Shown here: one piece after another, positions 53,201-64,000 of the stretch
Position numbering within the stretch: the stretch's first letter is position 1
Layout of the letters: each line of letters begins with the position of its first letter
Made by a program: the position numbers and the translations under genes
The notes under the pieces: model-generated
Database searches by the model: none
The model's input: the letters and a program-made list of their open reading frames with translations, nothing else
Told to the model about the DNA's origin: nothing
Origin: Trichoplax adhaerens
Taxonomy: Eukaryota > Animalia > Placozoa
Assembly: GCF_000150275.1 (NCBI RefSeq)
Contig: NW_002060950.1
Span: forward strand, 2,654,106-2,718,105
Reading direction: 5' to 3'
Length of the DNA: 64,000 nucleotides

Positions 53201-54655
53201 GCAAAGAGGTGGGACAATTTTGTACCTTTTCATTAATCTCGATAAATTCACAATTGATTTTATATTTTCAATATACTCTTATTTCAGGATTTAGAGATAT
53301 CCTAAACAGCTTGGATGATATGATTTTGGATATTCCTGGTGCTGCGGAGGTATAGTACTGTGGTTTCACAAATCGTCTTCAATCTGTAATGTATTGATAA
53401 ACAAATAGTGATAGTACAAATATAGCGGATTAGTAACATTAAAAATTAAATTGTATCTAGATGGCTGGTCAATTTATTGCTCGAGCTGTTGCTGATGACT
53501 GCTTGCCACCTGCTTTTGTTAACTCGAATGCATCGTCTGAAAGCGGAAGGTATGTAATAAATAATGTACATTTCAATGGTAATTTAGATCGCTACAGTGT
53601 ACTACATTTTTCACCTAGCAACTTACAAATCCTTTACGTAGTCACAAACTTCGACTGTAGAACGTCTACTTAATATTATAACCACACCAATATTACAGAT
53701 TTGCTTTAAAAAAAGCTGAAATTTTGCTCAAAGTTAAACATGGCATATCAAGATTGGATAACATTTGGGGCGTAGGAGGTGCTAGGCAATCTGTCGAGCA
53801 TCTACGAGAAAAGGTAAGGATGGTTATTGCTGCATCAGAAATAATCAATTTATTTATGTAGTATTAAAACTTTACTGTCGTCTAAGTAACTGATGATTAT
53901 TTACCACTGTCATAGATAATACTGCTTATTAAGGAGTACTTCTCGTCAAGCGACTTGGAAGAGGTATCTTACGTTTATTTTTCGGACGTCTTTTAATCAT
54001 TTTCCTTAATAGCAGCATTGCAATGATTGATAATAAACCAATTGATATTATGATATCTTGGTAGATTAGAATGTTAGTAAATATGGATAATATTGATACA
54101 CTTAGGCTACCCGTTGTGTTCAAGACTTGGAAGTCCCTCATTTTCATCATGAACTTGTTTATCAGGCACGTAGACCAAACAATTGAATTGTTATTCTTAT
54201 TAATATGTGTATAGTTATAATTGTTATAAATACTATATCAACTACATATGGGATTGTAGATTATAACGCTCACACTGGAAGACGGTACGGATCGAACTCT
54301 GAATTTAACGTTAAAATTTCTCCAAAGTTTGGCCGCCTCAAACATTGTAACTCCCAATGAAGTACGGCAGGTAAGCTTGTATTAGCCTAATTGAAACTAT
54401 CATTAACTCGACCTAATGATATTTAAATATTGTCTGTAGGGGTATCAACGAGTTTTCGATTCAATAAGCGATTTGGCTCTTGATATTCCGTATGCGCCCG
54501 CAATGCTGGAAAAGTTTTGTGTATTTTGCGTACAAGACGATATTATACCTGAATCTTTCGTCTCAAAGATACCAACGCGTGGACGAAAGAGATACGTTAG
54601 TGAGGGAGACGGTGGTCAGGTGAAAGAAGGAATTACGTATGGAGTGAAAGCCTAA
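50241..54655 (+). CDS. PDCD4: Programmed cell death protein 4 (two MA3 domains, eIF4A inhibitor), ~14 coding exons
   Basis: GRGLPKK|GGAGGKGTWG across 50472/52154; FIARAVADD, LDNIWGVGG, DLEVPHFHHELVY, DLALDIPYA and C-terminal RGRKRYVSEGDGG are PDCD4 hallmarks; aataaa at 54803 and 54814. Confidence 0.95.
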
Positions 54656-55559
54656 ATTTCGCACTGCACCTCGTTTGTTTTAATTTAGAATTACTGTTGT
54701 ATCGTCTGTGATAGCCACTTAATGATTTTTAATTGCGAAGCAGTGTGGTGATGTTGCGCCATGTTTTAACTTTGGTACTTGTAAATGCAACTAAAATTGT
54801 AAAATAAATTCCCAATAAACTGTCATACAGAAAGTTCAATCGTTTCGCATAGTCATGTACTCTTCAAGTAAATACTGTATGAGTACAAAAATGCGTAATG
54901 TGGACTCTCTCGATTCAGACCACGATCGTACTAATTTTAATCTTTAAACAATTATATTAAAACATTGACGGGATTGACTACTAACTAGAAATGACTACAC
55001 TTTCACATAATGTGAAGTATAATGATTGCTTTAGCGGTAGCCAGGAAGGTAATAATTACAGTTCACGAAAATGTTCACGCGGAGATTGTATAGTAATTGC
55101 TACAAAATTTTTATAGTTTTCATTCCATTGAAGAACGATTACAGTACTACATAATAAAGTAATGATCACATTTTGAAATAATAGTTCCTAATTGCACTTT
55201 ACTATTTCAACTACCCATACTTGGTATGGACTAAATACTATACACTCACGTAACACTAACATACCACAACAAAAGTTAAGCGAGTCCCTTGATATAGTAT
55301 CCAAATATCAGTTACAGTTGCGCACAATGCGAATTACTACGATATTTTACCTCATTGCGAAAAACACACGGTTTATTTTATTATCTTGTAAATTTTCATA
55401 TCATGTAATTAAACTGTACAGTACTAGGAATATAGAAAAAGTGAATAATTATATAAACTGTAAAATCATCTTCACGCGTAGCATAATGGCTGCTAGTAAT
55501 CTCATGGTAGTACAAGTATAATCGCTGAAACTGCTTGCACCGAATCATCAACCAAGCGT

Positions 55560-58274
55560 TTATGCTTCGTTTGGTGCTGGTTTTCCATAGCAAGCCGCGT
55601 TACATCCTTCACGATTTCTTGCAATTTCAATAGCGTAAAACTGGATACGGGTTACTGAATATATTAATCATGCATGGAAGGCAATAATTAATACCAATAG
55701 GATAAATGGATACGGTTTCTAACAATAACAACAAGAGGTATTGACTAGCACAAAATCATACCTAAGATGGTATTTTCTTCGCTGTAATCTTTCTTAGCAT
55801 CAATTCTGTTAAGAACAACAGTCAATTAAAATAAGTTCTACGTAAAACAACCTAAGAATGACCGTTACCAGAAACTCTCCAAAGCAATGCCTTAAACTTG
55901 GAATTACCTTATTAATGTACCGAAATTAAAGTCTTCAACTACATTTTCAAATTCATTGCAGAATGTTCTCCATAACTAACATTATACAGTGCAATTGCAA
56001 TCAAGTAGTCAAGAAAAGTTTGAACATCAATTACGTTAAAAAATTAATTTACCTTATTCTTATATGAGAATGATATTATTATACATAAAATATTTAAGAA
56101 GTAGTGAAACCTACAGCTTTACTTTCCTCGGATTTTAACTCTTCATTATCCAGTATATCAAGCTGTAGTGAAAGTGATTATTGTTAATTCATTGTTTTAT
56201 CTAAAGATGGTTAAATCTAAAAATTTTGGCTACTGCAACTCATTTCTTTCTCATTAACACTATGTGCTTTATACAGTTATAAAACAAGAGTTAATTACAC
56301 AAATTTAGAACGATTAATTTACTGTGTTAGACCTTGAATTTAGGAAATTTCTGCTTAAATTTGGAATATATTTCGTCATCGATCCTACAGTTAATATTTA
56401 ATAACCACTAGATTAGTCCAAAATTTACAAGGAAGACAGATGTCATGGTATCGAGTATGGTAGATAATTTTACAGCATTAGCATCAATAATAAATACTTG
56501 GTTCTGTGTTACATAGCTTAGATATGAAACGTAAATCGATTAAACGCACGCGTATCTATAATTGAAAGCCGGCAGCACAACTGAAAACAGAAGCCGTTAT
56601 GTACTTTTGAACACTAACCTGGTTAATTTTAAGCCACGAGAATCAAGGGTGGAAATTAGCTACGAAAACAAAGTATCACATTTATTAAACTTTATTAATC
56701 CCTTTCAACAATACTGTACGAACACCAAAGGCAAGGTATTAAATTCTTGTAATCATTGCAATTGCTCATAATATTTTTTACGAAAGCAAATTGGTTTAAA
56801 CACGCTATGGATATAGCACTAATTACTAATTAAGAGAATGTAAGCTTCACGAGGCATAAATGTTCAGAGGGCTGAAGTAGGCAGGCATTCATAAGGCAAT
56901 ATGCAACCTGTTAACCATTCATTTTAAGACTGAAATTCTTCTTTTTCTTACCTTAAAATACGTGTCCGCGTGATGGTATGCTTTTATTGCCCATTGCATT
57001 TCTAAGTTTCTCTAATGAGGTAAGGAAATAGTGTATAAGAAATTCTGTTTATTCTTGTAAATATTCATTAATCTAGTTATTATTCATTACTCTACCGACA
57101 TAAAGAAGGAAGACGTGTATGCAATTTACAAAACTAAGGCAAATTCGATATCCAATTTTAGACCAGTACAGAGTAAGCACGAAAAATTATTATTTCACTC
57201 TTTGAAAAGGTTTCAAAATTGCGATGTGGCTAATATTACCGTTAACCTGTAATCATGAGTCAGCTTGTAAAATCGGAAAACAACCGTAGCAACCAATTTA
57301 TGCATTGACTAATGGATGATGTTAGGAAAGGTATAGTGCAGCGTTGATAATGATAAGACGAATTTACCTAAAGTTCAAGATACTGATTCGTGTATCAATG
57401 CTAGCAACGGTATATTTTTCGCATCATTCATATACGAGTATACCCCATTAACGGTACAGTCGATGTTATTGGGCAATTACTGTTCAAAGCCGTGTTGTCA
57501 AGTTATTTATTATGAGAAATAGAAGACTCAGCAAGCGTTGTGGGTTAGAAGACGGTAATATTAAGTTATGGGCTAGTTGGCAGCTACAAGATGACATCAT
57601 CGTATCAGCCCTATGTTTTGCTATCTATTTAACGTTAACAAAATTTAAACTGTATACCGGTATACATAATCTATATACGTATATCATTGATGATATTATA
57701 ATCGATCGTTTGGGTATATGATCATGGATATGCTTTATCGTTGCATAGCAATTGGAAAGATAGCACTTGTTTGGTAGAGTTCGACTAATACTGTATTCGT
57801 GCTATAATAAATAAATAATAATGTGGAATGACTCCATGTCCACCGACCGGAAGAGATTTATCATCAAGGTTTGATGATAAAACATGGGTGGACAGAGATT
57901 GGTCAACCACCTGCAAATTGTCTATCGGATTGTAACATGATGTACCTACGGTTCGATTTATACCATACAATGTTTCAACTACTTGACCCTTACATCATTT
58001 TCGTATTTGGAAGCGTCGGTATCCAGAGCACGAGCAGCAGTATGCATTTCTTGCACTCCCTAAGTCAAGTAGATGATGAAAAGATCAATATTCAACATTT
58101 CCAGTAGCGATCTCAACAGGTAATATCATGTATGTGATTGAGAAAGCAATAATAATTGATGCAAGTTTTTTAGTCTTGAACATGTGTTTTTATCAATTTA
58201 AATCATTCTATTCTGTTGTGTAGTTATCATCCGATGATCAAACGAACCAGAGAGTCTAATCCAAACTTGTCCAT
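55560..58274 (-). CDS. PBDC1: Polysaccharide biosynthesis domain-containing protein 1, 9 short exons, ~165 aa
   Basis: Spliced translation MDKFGLDSL|GVQEMHTAARALDTDASKYEND|RNLEMQWAIKAYHHADTYFK|LISTLDSRGLKLTR|IDDEIYSKFKQKFPKFK|LDILDNEELKSEESKA|LWRTFCNEFENVVEDFNFGTLIR|IDAKKDYSEENTILV|TRIQFYAIEIARNREGCN...*; all junctions GT-AG and in phase. Confidence 0.93.
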
Positions 58275-58399
58275 ACTGTATTAAACTACTCTTCTATCGG
58301 GAATAATAACTGTCTAGCTTTCAATTTGGAGCAGCAAGTCGATTTAAGCTGGCAGCGTTGGAGACCAATCAGCCATAAGCGAAATGGAGTTGCAAACGC

Positions 58400-59415
58400 A
58401 AGTGGCACCGCTGTACCGTACCGCACCGTACCGTGATGGCCTGCTGGGGTCTTCTTCTACAGTGTATAGTACAGTGTACACCGTAGGGTTCGGGTTAGTA
58501 CTGTACACTGTACACTGTACATTTACAGTGTACAGTACAGCTCGTACTGTAGCTAGCGCTCCCAAGTACTGTACTGTACAGTGTAAAAGGTACCGAAACT
58601 ACCGTACTGTACTGTATTGTACTGTACAGTACAGTACAGTACACGTCATTACGGTGTGAAATTGAAATTCACTGTAGCACATTTCTTGCTGATACGATCA
58701 TGGCGTACTGTACAGTGTACACTAGTACTATACAGTACAGTGATGGACTACTGGGGTCTTCTTCTAGCCCAGTAGTCGATGGATGGCTGTGTGGTAGAGT
58801 ACTTTACAGTACAGATGGACTACTGGCGTCTTCTTCTAGCTCAGTAGTCGATGGACGAATGTGTGGTAGAGTACTTTACAGTACTATACTGTACGGTATG
58901 AAATTAAAATTCACTGCAGCACATTTCTTGCTGATACGATCATGACGTCCACTGCACATTCGTGTTGTCCAACAGCTGTAGCCCGCAGCTGCACACGGTG
59001 CACAGTATAACGTCACCCGTCCAGTGTCCAAGGTTTTTGGGTTGTTATTACGGTAGCCCCCATCAATAGGGTAAATTATGGATGAGATCATACAGTTTAA
59101 CCTGTACACTATACTACTGTACTGTATACTGTATGCAGTACTACGGGATACGACTGTACACTGTACAGTACAGCAGCGATTACTCAACGATTTTTCCCCT
59201 CGAAGAATGACTCAAGTAAAATAAAATGGAACTTGCGTCATCGCTGGGTCCCATTTGGTGGTAACCGGGTACCCTTGTCTACTCGACCTCAGCACTTCCT
59301 GTACTGTCCGTCTGTATACCGTGAAAAGCCCACCCTGTTATTGCACCTGCACCGATCTCGGTACGGTACGGTACGGTACTACAAGCACTCTCGCCTATTG
59401 ACTGACGTATTGATT
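58400..59415. promoter_or_regulatory. Bidirectional promoter region between PBDC1 and beta-TrCP, TACAGT-rich with internal duplications
   Basis: Divergent start codons at 58274(-) and 59511(+); raised GC; many tacagt/actgta words; ~72-bp tandem pair at 58742/58814 and ~55-bp duplicate at ~58655/~58897. Confidence 0.7.
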
Positions 59416-59510
59416 GTAAGTGAGTATATGAACGACTGACACCAAAGAAAAATTGATATTCCTTTGCAGTTTGTAAATGACTGAAAAAGTCTAGTCAATA
59501 TCTCAGCAAA

Positions 59511-62500
59511 ATGCAACAAGATGAAGGTTTTGGAAGTGAAGTCGGATGCGTTGTAAGTGTATGAAACTCAATTGGTCTCTTTTTTCTTCATTATGATATC
59601 CAAGGGATGATCATGGTTGCTTGCATGGCAACTTTATTCAATTCAACTTGCTGCTTTGAATGTCGTTGTGGATAACCTCTCTCTATGTCCCTTCACTACA
59701 GTACTGTACTGACCATTTCAAAGGATTGATCGTGTCATCTTCAACGGTGACCACGACTTGTTCTACTGTAGTTACAATAAAATGGTCCGTCAGGCCAAGG
59801 ACGACACGATAGTCCAGTACGAGTACAGTATAGCATGGCAGTAATGAAAAAGTTTGCAGGCTATTTTCATTAGGCCCCCCAAAAAGCAAAAGTGGAAATG
59901 GGCTCCTTCTTCTTCTACTTTACATGATTCTTTTTAATTTCTTGGTTGACTTTAACGAGAACAGATCAATTGACGGTAATAGCAGTCATTTTTCTCCCTT
60001 GTACCAATTCATCATACCCACTGGTGGAGTGATAAGCCGTCAGGATAAAGATCGTTTTCAATGAAATCCTTGCCCCCATGTTTTGTCGATAGCGCCGCCG
60101 TCAACCAATGAAAAGTATATAGGAGTAGACGCCCGAAACAACCAATTCCTGACTGTAGATAGATTACTGCTATCCTTTGAAGGGCATGATACCGTCGTTG
60201 TTTAGTATGGACTACTTTCCACAGAAAAATTCCAAGTTCCGTTATAAACTCAATGTTACCTCTGTACTTTTCCTATGATTGCTCAATTCACCTTCAATTA
60301 TTTCTTGAATTTGTAGGGTGACGAGAATTCAGATGGCAATGAAAGTGATGACAGCGACAGCATAACCTTAAATTCCAACAACAACTGTGCCAGAGCAGAG
60401 AGTGCCACTACTAGGCGTAGAATCTCCAATGATAACAAAATTTTCTATGAAGAAAGTAGACTTTGCTTGGCTTACTTTGATCGCTGGACACCGGAATTGC
60501 AAAGTCAACATATCCAGTCTCTTATTCATAGAATGAATCATTACCAACATAGTCAAATTAATAATTTCCTAGGCCCTATGTTGCAGCGCGACTTCATTTC
60601 GGTCTTACCTGGTGAGTATTTTTGCTTAACTTGTTCTTTCAGTAATGGTGTTGGTGTAGTTACTTAACATCGACATGTTTATTAAACCCGTCCATACCGA
60701 CACCTACGTAAACATGCAAAATATCCTATACTGACCACAGTACCGATATTGCATACACGTCCAACGACTACCTACAAACGTAGAATTCAAAGCTTTCAGT
60801 AATCCACCGTACAGTCTATACCTGTTCCGGAACGTCCATGGATGGATTTCGATCGTGGACAATATAGTCCTATCGCATGTAGAATACTGTACGTAGAAAG
60901 AATTTGTTCTTTTACCCTTTCTCAGGGATATTTCAATTGGATGAAAAATGGTAGAGCCCGTAGAAGCCCATTACTTAGTAATTGTGGATAAAAAAAAAAA
61001 CTATTTTGCCGTCTAGTGTACGAGTACTTTAATTACCCAAAAAAATATTTGTTGTGACAACAATGCTGTGCTACTAGACATAATCGCTAATTTGGATCAT
61101 ACTCTATACTATTGCAGTATTTTTGACAGTAGTATGCGTCTATAGATAGTAGGACACTGTGCTGGTGTACTATTACCATGTACGTTCCCATGGAACGTTG
61201 ATGATATACATACTTAGTATAGGACAGGCCGTCTTGTATGTGCAAACTTACCCTACTCAGTCTAGGAGTGTACTAGATGGATGCCCTTTTGGCATCGAAA
61301 TATTTTTTCCATCCCTTGCGATATAGTACTGCTCTCTAGCGAGCGAACCAAATATCAAAATGATAAACTGTTTCACACCTTTAGCCATTGCATAAGTTCA
61401 ACTCATTAGTATCGCGTACTGAAAGATTGACATCCAGTGTTATGAATACTCTTGTAGGAAGATGAAGAGTATTACCTAGTGCCAGAGTGAAGAATTGCTG
61501 TATTGACAACTTCATCATATCCATAAAATAGCGTCATTTTACAGTTGATTTAGAAAAGAATAGGTTATGTAGTCGACTTGCTGTCAAACTGAAGACCACA
61601 AGCTTTGAAATGTAAAAACTATAAATGATTTATTCTACAGTTGTCAAAGCAGAGCTAAAATCGCCCTCAACATAGCGTCAGCGTAGCCTACTCACCATGA
61701 TGAATAGAACTCAAACGTCAAAAACATAACCCTTGACATTATTACAAACTACAAACATTGACGCACAACCACAGTGACTGAAGATTAGTTGAATTTCTCT
61801 TTGTAGGTGGTTCCTTAACCTGAATACCCTGTCAAGATGAACATAAATATCCTTAGGACATTTTGCATCTTGTTCAGTAAAAATAGATCACTTAACAATT
61901 ATCCTATACGATCGTAGGATTGGATCTTCATTAATATTAAATTTAGAGTAGACAATAGTATACTGTAATTTAAAACAAATTCTCAATCAAATAGTTAGTT
62001 ATACGTATATTGTATATAGATATGTTCTTCATCAAATCACAACGATATTAATAAACGACATCGTAGATACCCTTAGTGCAATATTTTATTGTAAAGTGTA
62101 TTTGTAGAGATCCGTACCTGTTAGGCCCCAAGCTGAATTGCAATGTTACCCCCAACATTAGGAAACGCTTTCCAACGGTTGTCCAACCATATTACCATAT
62201 TTACTGTTAATATAGACAGAATCAATGAAAAGCATATCTTTAATATATATATTATAATCACATTTTCAATATTATAAAATTGGACCTATACAGTACTTAC
62301 TTCCAGTTTGTGTCTACTTAATTTACGATTGAAAATGAAAGAATGTGGTGTACACATTACAATAGACGATCATGACAACTATTCCTGGAAAGGTGTATTT
62401 CCCAACGGGTAAAGGATATTTTAGCAACGAATACAATCCATAAGTGTATTGTTGTACATGTAATCATGCTGTAAATGGAACAGCAATGGAGAAGGATTTT

Positions 62501-63539
62501 CAATGTAGTGAATATGTTTAGTCGCTTTTGTTGAAAAAGTACGTTTCTGTTATGTTTCCTTTGTACAGTAATTTTATTCTGCACTAATCTAAGCTTTGTA
62601 ACTAATACTGATGTAGCATTTGATGACTATGTATAATCTACAAACTGCGTATACTGCAGCAGACTTTTCTTCCACCCTCCGTTTCTAAAGTTTCCATTAG
62701 ATATGATTCTGAAACGTAATGGTCACGCGATGATATAATGAACTTATACTCTTACAGTCTTTTATTTGGTTAACTTTTGACCCTTTTGATTATAACTATT
62801 TACTACGGCGGTTGATAATAAATATAAGGATGCCAGTAACTTCGAATGCTGAATAACTAGAGTAAACTGTTGGTTAAAAAATTTTTTCGATTAATTTTAC
62901 GTCGCTTGATCGATTTCTACTACGCATGTAGACGTCTGTTGTTAAAGATCTTAGATAATTATTCCTTTCTGTTCTGTACTATTACTGGTATACGAATTAG
63001 GAAGAAAGAGAAAAACGGAAGACAATTTACAACTTTTCTATTTAATCATATTATACAGTTTCCATCTCATACCAATTTACTAGTACCTGCTCATACTACT
63101 GCTTCGTAATATTTTTAACTACAGCTTTGATGAGAAGCTAATTAGTGCACATTAGTTAGTACTTTACTAGAAAGGTAGATCTTTTAGAGGATTACATGTC
63201 TTCCTTCGATAATTACGTCACTTAGTATCAGATGCATAGTGCATACATGAATACATATATAATTATATTAAGATTGTGGGGAGTAATTTCGAATCAAATT
63301 TTATTCGCTAAAACATTACATGTTTTTGTATTTTATTCAATCTTGAATGTAGCACGCGGATTAGTTCATATCGCAGAAAATATTTTAGGTTACTTGGATG
63401 CTAAATCTCTTTGTGCTGCTGAACGAGTTTGCAAGGATTGGTATCACACTATTGATAGCTGTATGCTTTGGAAAAAATTGATTATGTATAAAGTTCATAC
63501 TGATAACTTATGGAAAGGATTATCTGAGCGACGAGCATG
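59511..63539 (+). CDS. BTRC: beta-TrCP / Slimb F-box WD40 protein, 5' part (continues beyond window)
   Basis: Exons 59511-59552 ([14 protein letters not shown]), 60317-60611 (D domain: [27 protein letters not shown]), 63353-63539 (F-box: [30 protein letters not shown]...[11 protein letters not shown]); BTRC versus FBXW11 cannot be distinguished in an invertebrate. Confidence 0.93.
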
Positions 63540-64000
63540 GTAAGTCAACTGGATCGGTAACTTATATATAATTTTACAACTTACTTTTATGTTTATTACA
63601 ACACGCATTAATATCATCCAGTGCAATAATTTGGTGATATTTTACTTTTATTGAATTATTCTGAACTTTAGCGATTCAGTGCATCGACCTTGCGCTTGTT
63701 TAATGCTCAGTGGTAGTTTTATCTGTATGTACTGTATAATTCAGTCTGTTAAATACCATGCTAATAGTAGTAGATAGTCAGATGTTAAAATACTCTCTTA
63801 CTCCACCACGTAAAATCGCTTAAAGGGTATCATTTACTGTACATTATTCATTAAAATATCATTATGACGCAATGGTTAGTGACAAATTTTATTTCGTTTT
63901 AATTCTTAAAATTTATACCAACTAAATAACAAGTAGAAGTTATCTAGTAAATTGAAAATTGGATATTAATGAAGGCAATATTGTAGTTATTGATATTGTT

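Noticed and set aside
55888-55900. atgccttaaactt resembles the U12 snRNA 5' end
   Set aside because: Downstream sequence does not follow U12 and runs into an antisense PBDC1 exon
58344-59439. Y/S/T/V-rich ORFs on both strands
   Set aside because: Translation of TACAGT-rich promoter sequence
1-64000. tRNA, rRNA and intact transposase or reverse transcriptase genes
   Set aside because: None recognised by eye; tRNAscan-SE, Infernal and RepeatMasker are needed to exclude them formally

Overview
AT-rich eukaryotic genomic DNA with many short GT-AG introns, animal-type genes and one 105-nt N gap (13145-13249). Gene style and compactness suggest an early-branching metazoan such as a placozoan (inference). 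Genes built by hand from splice signals: an intronless class A GPCR; a decayed second GPCR; a ~1000-aa multi-exon gene (16.7-21.7 kb); an intronless disordered 310-aa ORF; two tandem 19-exon M17 leucyl aminopeptidase paralogues; PDCD4; PBDC1 on the minus strand (absent from the ORF track); and the 5' part of beta-TrCP, head-to-head with PBDC1. The best candidate for a new system is the 16.7-21.7 kb gene. It joins a polynucleotide-kinase-like P-loop domain, a catalytically degenerate HAD-IIIA phosphatase and a SWIM zinc finger to all three hallmark motifs of the small vertebrate NHEJ adaptor CYREN/MRI (Ku-binding motif, MRI core, C-terminal XLM-like motif). Several tandem arrays also occur, including a hairpin-rich satellite and an intronic array that multiplies a splice acceptor. 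All exon structures and family calls come from reading the sequence and recalled motifs, with no database searches.
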